From the NCBI GenBank assembly GCA_021833245.1, contig JAKBGA010000002.1, positions 1 through 58,642 on the forward strand: 58,642 bases of DNA. Direction: 5' to 3'. The notes under the pieces were generated by a model. The model did not search any database and was not told where the DNA came from. It was given only the letters and a program-made list of their open reading frames with translations. Each line of letters begins with the position of its first letter. The stretch's first letter is position 1. This DNA is from a bacterium. GTDB lineage: Bacteria > Patescibacteriota > Minisyncoccia > Phycocordibacterales > Phycocordibacteraceae. Made by a program: the position numbers and the translations under genes. This document shows, in pieces, positions 18,567-27,839 of the stretch.

Positions 18567-18829
18567 TTATTCCTATGTATAGGTCCGAGTTCAACATTCG
18601 ATCGACGAGTACGCTGCAACCACAGGCGCATATCATCGGTTCTTTTATAGTACAGGCGGTCGAACGTATTATTAACGAGAAGCCCCAAATCAAGGCCTAT
18701 GAGAAAGCAGTAAACGGCCCCCACGGCTATGACGGAAATCATCGTCGTGGGGGCCTCAGCGTTGGATTCTCCACAATAAGAACTATGGCAAACGTTGCGC
18801 ACCGCGTTATTTTTCGCGCAGCTCTCTAG
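18563..18829 (+). CDS. Hypothetical 88-aa protein (weak call)
   Basis: Its ATG overlaps the ATPase stop (ATGA), which suggests translational coupling. No recognisable motif. Confidence 0.3.
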   Translation: MIIPMYRSEFNIRSTSTLQPQAHIIGSFIVQAVERIINEKPQIKAYEKAVNGPHGYDGNHRRGGLSVGFSTIRTMANVAHRVIFRAAL

Positions 18830-18869
18830 GAATTGGCATCAAATCCTCTTACTATAGTAGGCTCACGAT

Positions 18870-19754
18870 ATGAAAGATAGTAAATTAATTCTGGTTACCG
18901 GAGGTGCGGGCTTCATCGGCTCGCATCTTTGTGCGCGCCTCGTGGAGGACGGGCATCATGTCATTTCGCTCGACAACTACTTTACCGGAAGTCGTGAGAA
19001 TCATGTGTCTGGTGTCGATTATCGCGATGGACACACGAAGGATGTCGAGAAGCATGTACCCGAAACCCCCGATCTCATCTACCATCTTGGTGAGTACTCA
19101 CGAGTTGCAAAAAGCCTCAAAGAACCCGCGCTCGTCTTTGATCTCAACATTGTCGGTACGTTCGGTGTACTCGAATTCTGGAGCAAGAAGAAATGCAAGC
19201 TCGTGTATGCTGGTTCATCAACCAAAATGGTCGGCGCGCGCGCCGATGGGACATGCGGACGCGATCTCGCTCCTTATACTTGGATGAAGGCCGCGAACAG
19301 CGAGCTCCTACGGAATTATGCGCACTGGTACGGTCTACCGTATGCGATAACGTATTTTTACAATGTGTATGGACCAGGAGAGCGTGCTAGTGTTGAAAAT
19401 TATGGCACTCTCATTGAAACATTCAGACAGCAATATCTGGCTAATCAGCCGCTCACGGTACGAGAGCCAGGAACGCAGACTCGCGCCTTCACCTATATTG
19501 ACGATACGGTGAACGGTATCGTGCTTGTCGGAGAGAGGGGACTCGGCGACGAATATGGCATTGCGGCCAATGAAACATTTTCTCTAATTGATGTCGCGCA
19601 TCTCTTTAGCGATAACATTACGATGTTACCTCCGACCCCAACGACTCGCGCGGAAGCAGGAAGTGTCGATACGACAAATCTGCGGCAGCTTGGCTGGAAA
19701 CAGACAGTGCATTTGTCGGACTATATCAAAGAAGTAAAAAAACAGAAAAAATGA
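18870..19754 (+). CDS. NAD-dependent sugar-nucleotide epimerase/dehydratase (UDP-glucuronate decarboxylase-like SDR)
   Basis: LVTGGAGFIGSHLCARL..ISLDNYFTGS and catalytic YxxxK (YTWMK). Confidence 0.85.
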   Translation: MKDSKLILVTGGAGFIGSHLCARLVEDGHHVISLDNYFTGSRENHVSGVDYRDGHTKDVEKHVPETPDLIYHLGEYSRVAKSLKEPALVFDLNIVGTFGVLEFWSKKKCKLVYAGSSTKMVGARADGTCGRDLAPYTWMKAANSELLRNYAHWYGLPYAITYFYNVYGPGERASVENYGTLIETFRQQYLANQPLTVREPGTQTRAFTYIDDTVNGIVLVGERGLGDEYGIAANETFSLIDVAHLFSDNITMLPPTPTTRAEAGSVDTTNLRQLGWKQTVHLSDYIKEVKKQKK

Positions 19755-20923
19755 AAAGAATACTCATTTTCTCACTCGCATATTACCCGAGTTTCGTTTC
19801 GGGTGCAGAAGCCGCGATTAAAGAAATTACCGACCGCATTAATCCGTCTGATATCGAATTTCACATGATTACACTGCTCTTCGACCGTACAGCCCCGCGT
19901 GAGGAGCGCATTGGGAATGTGTACATACATCGCATCGGCTTCGGCGGAGCATATCTTTCAAAAATTCTGTTTGTTCCGCTTGCCGTCCTTGTGGCGCATT
20001 CACTCAATAAGCGATATAAGTTTGACGCATTGTGGGCCATGATGACATATATGCTCTTGCCAGTCGTTGTCTCACACCTGATCGGGGTGCGCGCTCCTCA
20101 CATCCTATCCCTTCAGGACGGCGATCCGTATGAAAAAGTTTTTGAGCGCTGGTTTATTCGACCGGTTATCCCCCTGCTCGATCGAGGGTTCAAGACGGCA
20201 TCAATGATTCAAACAATATCAGTGTTTCTTGCTGAATGGCCGCGGAAGCGCGGGTATACCGGACCGATAGAACTTATTTACAACGGTGCCAACACACGTG
20301 ACAGCAAGGATATTGTGTCTGAAGACGAAGTTGAGGAAATGAAGAAAAAACTCGGTAAAAGGCCTTCTGACGTGTTTTTGGTTAACACCTCGCGGCTCGT
20401 TCATCAGAAAGCTTTTGACGACAGTATCCGTGCACTCACGAAACTCCCCTTAAACGTCAAACTGCTCGCAGTCGGAAGCGGCGCGGATGAAGCGAGTCTG
20501 AAAAAACTCGCGAAGGACCTTGGCGTAGCGGACCGAGTAATTTTCACAGGGCAAGTAGATCGGAGTGTGGTAACGCTCTATCGGCGTGTAGCGGATATAT
20601 TTGTCGCCCCAAGCCGTTCAGAAGGATTAGGAAATGCATTCATCTCAGCACTTGCCTCTCGTCTTCCGCTTATAGCGACGCAAGTCGGTGGTATGGCTGA
20701 CTATGTTTTTGATGAAAAGAGGAACCCTGATAAAGAACCGACCGCATGGGTCGTTGATCCCGACTCTCCGGATCAGATTGCGGAAAAAGTGAAAGAAATT
20801 ATAGCGAATCCCGAAAGGGCGAGACAAATTTCTTCCTATGCTCGGAAGATGGTGGAAGAAAAATATGATTGGGACAAGATCGCCGTGCAAATGCGCGCGC
20901 GAGTATTTGCACATGTTTTATGA
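19751..20923 (+). CDS. Glycosyltransferase family 4
   Basis: C-terminal PSRSEGLGNAFISALASRLPLIATQVGGMADYV. 4-nt overlap with the upstream gene. Confidence 0.85.
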   Translation: MKRILIFSLAYYPSFVSGAEAAIKEITDRINPSDIEFHMITLLFDRTAPREERIGNVYIHRIGFGGAYLSKILFVPLAVLVAHSLNKRYKFDALWAMMTYMLLPVVVSHLIGVRAPHILSLQDGDPYEKVFERWFIRPVIPLLDRGFKTASMIQTISVFLAEWPRKRGYTGPIELIYNGANTRDSKDIVSEDEVEEMKKKLGKRPSDVFLVNTSRLVHQKAFDDSIRALTKLPLNVKLLAVGSGADEASLKKLAKDLGVADRVIFTGQVDRSVVTLYRRVADIFVAPSRSEGLGNAFISALASRLPLIATQVGGMADYVFDEKRNPDKEPTAWVVDPDSPDQIAEKVKEIIANPERARQISSYARKMVEEKYDWDKIAVQMRARVFAHVL

Positions 20924-20965
20924 ATTATAGTTCACAAGATTCTTGTTGAAAATGAGTGAGATCGC

Positions 20966-22090
20966 TTAGTGCAAGCCTTTCTGGCGAAGTTTTTCATCGT
21001 CGCTCCTGAGCGAATCACGTTTCGCCTTATACACTTTGATGACCTCGTCCGGCACTTCTCTGTCGCTGAGGATGCATTGCAGGACTTCAGTCCAAAATTC
21101 GATGCGCACGCACGCGAGTTCGCGTATATCGCCTGTAGTATGCGAAAGCCATGTCGCGTAGTAGCGAATGAGTTCGATGAGACGATAGGCACGCATGAGT
21201 TTAAGTGAGAGTAATTCCTCTTCGGTTCTATTGAGACAAACGTATTCAACGAGAGCGCTCGCAAGCGGTGGATTATAGAGCGTCATAAAATTTATAAAGC
21301 GCGCCCAGCTTTCGTACTTGTTGCCAAAACGGATTGACGTATGATCGAGGAGATACAATTTACCATCTCTGATGCGGAAGTTTTGTGGAATGAAATCCCA
21401 ATGTGTAAGAAATCCACCATACCGATCAAGCTTCTCTTCGTTATCCCGAATAAGTTCAATGGTTTTGTCGAGTGCAATATCGAGCTTCGAATACAATTTT
21501 TGTTCATTAATCAAGAGCCCAGAAATGTCTTGAGCATAAGCGCCAATTTTTCGATACTCACCTGCTTTTATATAGTAGTCAGCCGCTTTCATTTCTCCGA
21601 AGGATCTTGAGACCAAATGGTGACTATACGTTGTTGCGTGTGCGGCCTCCTGCGCCTTGAACGCGTTGAGTGCGATAGCGAATTGCTCTTTCAGTGGACG
21701 ATCGAGAAAGGGTTTCTCCTGAGCTATGTATTCAGTAATGATGACTCCTAACGCTTGGTCAAACAATATGTCTGCTGGAAGATGAAACGCTAGATACGCA
21801 AATTTAATCTGCTTGAGCATCTTTCGGACATCTTGTTCTTTCCGAAGCTCAGCGATACCGTGCTCTTCGCTCGATGTTTTTATTACGACGCGCATGCCGT
21901 CCGAGCGACGTTGACCGAAAAACACCACCTTTCTCCCGCCACCAACTGGGCGCGTAAGGTAGCGCTCGCCGATGGTTTGCGGCTGCAACGCATCGAGCTG
22001 GAAGCCCGCTCGTTCAAGTAAGGGTTGTACACGCTTTGCCTCGTGTGTAACATATGCGTCCCATGCCTGTTTTGTATTGTTAGGAGGCAT
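20966..22090 (-). CDS. Protein-kinase-like fold phosphotransferase (APH/WaaP-like), substrate unknown
   Basis: Catalytic-loop-like HWDFIPQNF (HxDxxxxN) followed by LYLLDHTSIRFGNKYESWARF (DxG-like segment). Confidence 0.65.
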   Translation of the reverse strand: MPPNNTKQAWDAYVTHEAKRVQPLLERAGFQLDALQPQTIGERYLTRPVGGGRKVVFFGQRRSDGMRVVIKTSSEEHGIAELRKEQDVRKMLKQIKFAYLAFHLPADILFDQALGVIITEYIAQEKPFLDRPLKEQFAIALNAFKAQEAAHATTYSHHLVSRSFGEMKAADYYIKAGEYRKIGAYAQDISGLLINEQKLYSKLDIALDKTIELIRDNEEKLDRYGGFLTHWDFIPQNFRIRDGKLYLLDHTSIRFGNKYESWARFINFMTLYNPPLASALVEYVCLNRTEEELLSLKLMRAYRLIELIRYYATWLSHTTGDIRELACVRIEFWTEVLQCILSDREVPDEVIKVYKAKRDSLRSDDEKLRQKGLH

Positions 22091-22607
22091 ATCTGAAGAG
22101 CGATTCTAGGGTATGCAGATGAGCCACCCAAGATGCTTCGTACGCGGTAAGCGCTTCGGTTGGCTCTGGTTCGAACGGGAGAATCTCTGGATAGCGCGGT
22201 GGAAGTTCGTGTACGACGACGTCGGCACGTGCGAAGGAAAGGCGTTCAATGAGACCACCATGCAAATGCGCTGCTACATCGGCTATGCAGAAAATGAGCG
22301 ACACAGATTTAGGAAAGAAAGCAAGCAAAAGCGGTAATTCCACTGAAACACCGTTTATGGCGAGTACAACATCTGTTTTCTTCACGGCGTGTGCAAACGC
22401 TTTCCGGAACGCGTAGAGGCGTGTGAGGAGCCGTTTCTGCTTATCAATCGTGATGACGGAAACACCGCGCACTTCCTCCGGTAAGTGTGTGTAAGCTATA
22501 ACTGTAACCTCATGGTTCTTCGAGAGGCGTAAGGCCAACTCCTTGGCATACACAGCGGCATTTGCAATTTCGGGCGGATAGAGTGGAGTTACTATAAGTA
22601 CTCTCAT
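22080..22607 (-). pseudogene. GT4 N-terminal-domain-only protein (truncated glycosyltransferase or split GT-B half)
   Basis: From ATG 22607, MRVLIVTPLYPPEIANAAVYAKELA resembles the N-terminus of the divergent neighbour (MKLIIATPLYPPEIGGPSTYAKLL). The protein ends after ~175 aa, before any E-x7-E C-domain. Confidence 0.5.
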
Positions 22608-22683
22608 GTTTGTAAATCTACCATGCCCGCTATAATAAATCGGGTGGTCGCCAAGATATTCCGATACCGCTAAAATAGACTCC

Positions 22684-23769
22684 ATGAAACTCATTATCGC
22701 CACGCCTCTTTATCCACCTGAGATCGGTGGACCATCGACGTATGCGAAGCTGCTTGTAGAGCGATTACCAAAACTGGGCATTGAGGTTGAGCTGGTGAAA
22801 TTCAGCGATGTGCGGCATTTGCCAAGGCTCTTGCGCCACTATGTCTACGCGCGCCGCATCCGTGCCGCATTGCGCGACGCGGATGCGGCGCTCGCACTTG
22901 ACCCAGTCTCGGTGGGGCTCCCGACGATGCATGCCGCAAAAAAAGAGCGGAAACCTTTCATCGTAAAAATTGTTGGTGACTATGCATGGGAGCAGGGACA
23001 GCAACATTTCGGCATCACGCAAGACCTTGATGAGTTTGTGAAAACTAAACAGTCTTCATTGCGGGTTCGCGTACTGCAATCAATACAAACGCGTACCGCA
23101 CGTACCGCGCGCCGTATTCTTGTGCCAAGCGAATATCTGAAAAGCATTGTCACCGCATGGGGCATATCCCCGGAGAAAATAGAAGTTATCTATAATGCAG
23201 CGCCTCCTGAAGAATTCGGTGTCGTGCCGGAAACTATTGCGAAATTGTCGCGGCCTTTGGTCGTGACGGCAGGTCGACTCGTGTCCTGGAAACATGTGAA
23301 CGGCATTATCGATGCAGTGTCACGCGTTCCGGAAGTCTCGCTTGCAATTATCGGCGACGGACCGGAACGTCGTGCGCTTGTCCGGTATGCGCTTGAAAGG
23401 TTGCCTAGCCGTGCTGTTTTCACGGGAATGTTGTCGCATAAAGATACTCTCGCGGCGATACGTTTTGCAGATGTGTTCGTGCTCAACTCATCATATGAAG
23501 GTCTCTCGCATTTGCTTATCGAAGCGCTCACTGTTGGCGTACCCATTATCGCTACGCGTTCCGGAGGAAACATAGAGATAATAGAAGACGGGAGCACCGG
23601 TCTCTTGATACAAGCGGGCGATACAGAAGGCCTCGTTCGAGCACTTGCGCGCGTAATTACCGACGGCGCGTTCCGCAAACGTTTTGGCACACAAATGAAA
23701 GAATCCGCAAAGCGTTTCTCAATCGAAACAATGCTTGTCGCAACAGCGGAGCTTCTACATACCTTATGA
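22684..23769 (+). CDS. Glycosyltransferase family 4
   Basis: NSSYEGLSHLLIEALTVGVPIIATRSGGNIEIIEDGSTGLL. Confidence 0.88.
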   Translation: MKLIIATPLYPPEIGGPSTYAKLLVERLPKLGIEVELVKFSDVRHLPRLLRHYVYARRIRAALRDADAALALDPVSVGLPTMHAAKKERKPFIVKIVGDYAWEQGQQHFGITQDLDEFVKTKQSSLRVRVLQSIQTRTARTARRILVPSEYLKSIVTAWGISPEKIEVIYNAAPPEEFGVVPETIAKLSRPLVVTAGRLVSWKHVNGIIDAVSRVPEVSLAIIGDGPERRALVRYALERLPSRAVFTGMLSHKDTLAAIRFADVFVLNSSYEGLSHLLIEALTVGVPIIATRSGGNIEIIEDGSTGLLIQAGDTEGLVRALARVITDGAFRKRFGTQMKESAKRFSIETMLVATAELLHTL

Positions 23770-24899
23770 AAGTTCTATTTATTTCAAATGATCCTACCAT
23801 TTTTGTCGCGAAGAGTCCGGCGCGTACGCGTATGTGCGCATATGCCAAGGCGATAGGCGAACTACATATCGTTTCCTCCGTGTTTTGCGCTGGACGTGAC
23901 GAACAGGAAGGAAGTCTTTTTTTGCATCCAGTGTATGTTTCGAAGCTATTTCGAGTGCATGCACTCGCGAAGCGTGCGCATGCACTCGTGCTCGAATATG
24001 GTATCGAAATCGTTTCCGCACAAGACCCTTTTGAACACGGACTCGCGGCGTTTCGTGCGGTGCGTGGCACCAAGGTGAAATTGCACATCCAGGTGCACAC
24101 GGATTTCCTCTCTCCATGGTTCGTAAAAGGTGGTAACTTGCGCAGTTTGCGCGTACGAATGCTATTTCTCAATTGTTATCGCCGAAAAATTGCCGACCGC
24201 GTCTTGCCGAATGCCGATGGAATCCGTGCAGCTTCTGAACGCGTGAAAGCGTCGCTCCTCGCACGATATGCCTCCCGTATTCCCAAACCCACGGTACTAC
24301 CAATTGCTGTGGACACTACCGTATCCGAACCGGTCCTTTTGCCATCACACTCGTTTACATTCGCGCTCATTGCTGTTGGGAGACTCGAGCCTGAGAAGCG
24401 CGTAGAGGACATCATCGCTGCGCTCAAACTAGTTGTTGTACATTACCCAATGATAGGCCTCTTCGTCGTCGGGGAAGGAAGCGAGCGCAGTCGCCTAGAG
24501 CGGATGGCCTATTCTCTCAACCTCAAAGACAACATTATTTTTCTCGGAAGTCGCCCCGATGCGCGTGGTCTCATGCGTAGTGCGCAAGCATTCATCCAAG
24601 CGAGCGCCTATGAAGGTTACGGCCGCACTCTTATTGAAGCAGCACTCGCTAAGGTGCCAATCATCACAACCGACGTTGGCATTGTCGGTAATGTTTTCAA
24701 AAAAGACGAGGATGTTCTCTCTGTACCTGTGGCCAATCCGGAGGCGCTTTCACACCGCATTATGACAATTATCGAGAACAATGCCATGCGTCGAGAACTC
24801 TCAATGCATGCCGAAACTACAGCACTTACGCATCTGACCGCAATAGACCATCTGCCAGAACGTATTCGCGCGGACCTTGAACAACTCACCCACTCATGA
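23766..24899 (+). CDS. Glycosyltransferase family 4
   Basis: ASAYEGYGRTLIEAALAKVPIITTDVG. ATGA overlap with the upstream gene. Confidence 0.85.
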   Translation: MKVLFISNDPTIFVAKSPARTRMCAYAKAIGELHIVSSVFCAGRDEQEGSLFLHPVYVSKLFRVHALAKRAHALVLEYGIEIVSAQDPFEHGLAAFRAVRGTKVKLHIQVHTDFLSPWFVKGGNLRSLRVRMLFLNCYRRKIADRVLPNADGIRAASERVKASLLARYASRIPKPTVLPIAVDTTVSEPVLLPSHSFTFALIAVGRLEPEKRVEDIIAALKLVVVHYPMIGLFVVGEGSERSRLERMAYSLNLKDNIIFLGSRPDARGLMRSAQAFIQASAYEGYGRTLIEAALAKVPIITTDVGIVGNVFKKDEDVLSVPVANPEALSHRIMTIIENNAMRRELSMHAETTALTHLTAIDHLPERIRADLEQLTHS

Positions 24900-25948
24900 A
24901 ATTACTCGTTGTTACTCAGGCAGTCGACGTGGAAGATCCAGTTCTTGGATTCTTTGTTCAATGGATAGAAGAGTTTTCAAAACACGTTGAACGCGTCGAA
25001 ATCATCTGTTTGAAGGAAGGGAAGCACGCGTTACCGGAAAATGTACGTGTGCATTCGCTTGGTAAAGAGCGAGCCGTAGCATCACGACTCACATACGCCA
25101 TTCGATTTAAGATGCTTATCTGGAAATTGCGCAATGACTATGAAACGGTCTTCGTACATATGAATCCAGAATATGTCGTAATAGGAGGAGTTTTATGGCA
25201 CATGCTCGGGAAGCGTATTGGTTTATGGTACGTTCACAGGAGCGTCAATCTTAAGCTACGTATAGCAGCCGTGCTCGCCGATTATATTTTTACCGCCTCC
25301 CCCGAGGGATTCCTCCTCGCAACACCGAAACTTCACGTGGTTGGGCACGGCGTCGATACTGAGAAATTTCGTGCACCGATTCGGCAGTTCGGTACCCCGG
25401 TGCGTATTGTAAGTGTCGGTCGCATTACACCAATTAAAAATTTCGATACGCTCATCGAGGCCGTTGCGCTCCTCAAAGAAAAAGGAATTGACGCACATGC
25501 GACGATTATCGGCGCACCAATCAGTACAGCTGATGAAGCGTACCAAATGTCTCTCAAGGAGCTTGCCGCAAAATGGGATATATCCGATCGCATTACATTT
25601 GCCGGAAGCGTGCCCCATGCACAGATGCCGGAGCAGTATAGTCACTTCGATATATCGGTGAACCTGTCTCCGACTGGAGGGCTCGACAAAGCGGTGCTTG
25701 AATCTATAGCCGCAGGATTACTCGTATTCGTGTCCAATCGTGGATTTGTCAATCTTCTTGGTACGCATGCAAACAAGATTCTATTTCACGAGAGAGATGC
25801 GACCGAGTGTGCCAATCGTATTGCCGCACTTGTTCATCACACTGATATTGTCGAGCACATACGTACCGATCTCTCACGCCGAGTCGAGACTATGAGCGTG
25901 CAAACACTCATTCCGCGCATTCTTTCTTTCTATGAAAAAAAATCGTAG
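24896..25948 (+). CDS. Glycosyltransferase family 4-like
   Basis: GT-B C-domain pattern GRITPIKNFDTLIEA...GGLDKAVLESIAAGLLVFVSN. 4-nt overlap upstream. Confidence 0.8.
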   Translation: MKLLVVTQAVDVEDPVLGFFVQWIEEFSKHVERVEIICLKEGKHALPENVRVHSLGKERAVASRLTYAIRFKMLIWKLRNDYETVFVHMNPEYVVIGGVLWHMLGKRIGLWYVHRSVNLKLRIAAVLADYIFTASPEGFLLATPKLHVVGHGVDTEKFRAPIRQFGTPVRIVSVGRITPIKNFDTLIEAVALLKEKGIDAHATIIGAPISTADEAYQMSLKELAAKWDISDRITFAGSVPHAQMPEQYSHFDISVNLSPTGGLDKAVLESIAAGLLVFVSNRGFVNLLGTHANKILFHERDATECANRIAALVHHTDIVEHIRTDLSRRVETMSVQTLIPRILSFYEKKS

Positions 25949-27053
25949 AAACACATCGGAAGTATGCTTCTACGGTATCTATGATCCGTCTTATTCACGC
26001 AACAGAGTGCTTATTCACGGTTTCGAAGAGAATGGGTATACCGTCGTGCAGTGTCGAGTCGACCCGCGTAAGCACGGTGGCATATCAAAATTCTTTTTTC
26101 TTACCAGAGAGTATTTTCGCGTTCGGCATCACGATTTTGATTTCGTAATTGTGGCGTTCCCGGGCCATACCATTGTGTGGCTCGCGCGGCTTCTGTTTGG
26201 CCGACCGATAGTGTTCGATGCCTTCGTCTCGCTCTATGACTCGAATGTGTTCGATCGCATGCTCTATGGCGCTAAGAGTTTGCATGGACGTCTTGACTGG
26301 TTGCGTGATTATACGGGCGCGCGTCTTGCTGACATTGTCCTGCTCGATACTACGGCGCACATAGACTATTTCGTTAAAACATTCGGACTTCCGCGAGAGA
26401 AGTTCTTGCGCGTCCCTGTCGGTTCAGATGAGCGTATTTTTCATTCACAGGCCGAAGTATGTATCGAGGAACCTATTATTGTGCACTTTCACGGCACGTT
26501 CATCCCGCTTCATGGCATTCCGTACATCCTTGAAGCAGCACGGCTTCTCGTCGATGAACCATTACGGTTTCATATCGTCGGCAGTGGGCAGGAGTCCAAA
26601 CGTGTACGAGAGGAGGCATCCAAACTCGGCATTGCAAATGTCGATTTCATAAATCCAGTACCGCTTGAGCAATTACCCGGGCTCATAGCGTCAGCGCAGA
26701 TATGCCTCGGTATTTTCGGTGACACATCGAAGACGATGCGTGTTGTGCCCAATAAAGTCTTCGAATATATGCTGATGGGCAAGCCAATCATCACGGCAGA
26801 TTCTCCCGCTATTCGCGAGCTCTTCGCACCCGATCCACCGGCACTCGTCCTCGTGCCACCTGCAAACGCCGTCGCACTTGCAGAAGCTGTGCGGGCATTC
26901 CTGCGGGATCCTGATCGCCGGCGCAACTTTGGCGAAGCCGCGGCAAACTTCGCCGCAACTCGTCTCACCGCCCGCGCCATAGTTGCAAACCTGCTCGCGG
27001 AACTTTCGGTTACAGGCGCCGTGTACGCATCTCTTAACCGAAGAGGCATATGA
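25932..27053 (+). CDS. Glycosyltransferase (GT-B, GT4-like)
   Basis: VPNKVFEYMLMGKPIITADSPAIRELF. 17-nt overlap with the upstream gene. Confidence 0.75.
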   Translation: MKKNRRNTSEVCFYGIYDPSYSRNRVLIHGFEENGYTVVQCRVDPRKHGGISKFFFLTREYFRVRHHDFDFVIVAFPGHTIVWLARLLFGRPIVFDAFVSLYDSNVFDRMLYGAKSLHGRLDWLRDYTGARLADIVLLDTTAHIDYFVKTFGLPREKFLRVPVGSDERIFHSQAEVCIEEPIIVHFHGTFIPLHGIPYILEAARLLVDEPLRFHIVGSGQESKRVREEASKLGIANVDFINPVPLEQLPGLIASAQICLGIFGDTSKTMRVVPNKVFEYMLMGKPIITADSPAIRELFAPDPPALVLVPPANAVALAEAVRAFLRDPDRRRNFGEAAANFAATRLTARAIVANLLAELSVTGAVYASLNRRGI

Positions 27054-27083
27054 TTCGCAAGGTGATAAAGTCATAAGGAAGCA

Positions 27084-27839
27084 ATGAAAGACTTTTTCAA
27101 AGAAACTTTCTTCAGGTTCGTTCCGAAACCGATGCTCCCAAGAAGCAGCGCCAGCATCCTCATGTACCACTCCATTAGCGACCATGGAGATCATTTCTCC
27201 ACGATTCCACCGGAAGCATTTAAGAAGCAAATGATGTATTTTACAAAGAAGAAGTATCCGATGATCTCCCTCGTCGAACTTGTGCGCCGCCTACGCGCAG
27301 GCGAGTCGCTTGGCGGGTCTGTCGCGCTCACCTTTGACGATGGATATCGCGACAACTACGCGACTGTCTTCCCACTTTTGCAGCGATACGGGATTCCTGC
27401 GACCATCTTTGTCACCACGAATTTCATCGGCACTCCCGGATATTGCTCGGCCGAAGAATTGCGGGAGATGCACGTCTCAGGTCTCATAAATATCGAGTCG
27501 CATACGCTTACACACTCGAAGCTTGCAAATCTCTCTCGTGCCGATGTCGCGCGCGAGCTGCGCGAATCTCGTCGCGTACTCGAAAGTATTCTCGGAGCGA
27601 CCTCGATGATTTTTTCCTATCCGTATGGTGACTTTTCGAAAGAAACGGTGAGCGTTGTACGTGAGGTAGGTTTTATGGGGGCGGTGACGGTGTCAGAGGG
27701 AACCGTCGATTCCATTGCCGACCCGCTTCTCTTACCGCGCAATGCGATTGACAGCTCAACAAGCTTCTCGCAATTTCGTGGAAAGATTTCTCGCGCGATC
27801 GATTGGTACAATTCGCTCAAAACCATTATCCGCATATGA
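27084..27839 (+). CDS. Polysaccharide deacetylase (CE4/NodB homology domain)
   Basis: ALTFDDGYRDNY and ESHTLTH metal/catalytic motifs. Confidence 0.88.
   Translation: MKDFFKETFFRFVPKPMLPRSSASILMYHSISDHGDHFSTIPPEAFKKQMMYFTKKKYPMISLVELVRRLRAGESLGGSVALTFDDGYRDNYATVFPLLQRYGIPATIFVTTNFIGTPGYCSAEELREMHVSGLINIESHTLTHSKLANLSRADVARELRESRRVLESILGATSMIFSYPYGDFSKETVSVVREVGFMGAVTVSEGTVDSIADPLLLPRNAIDSSTSFSQFRGKISRAIDWYNSLKTIIRI

Noticed and set aside
18203-18802. A minus-strand 199-aa ORF.
   Set aside because: It overlaps the 3' 364 nt of the VirD4-like ATPase gene antisense and has no recognisable motif. It is most likely spurious.
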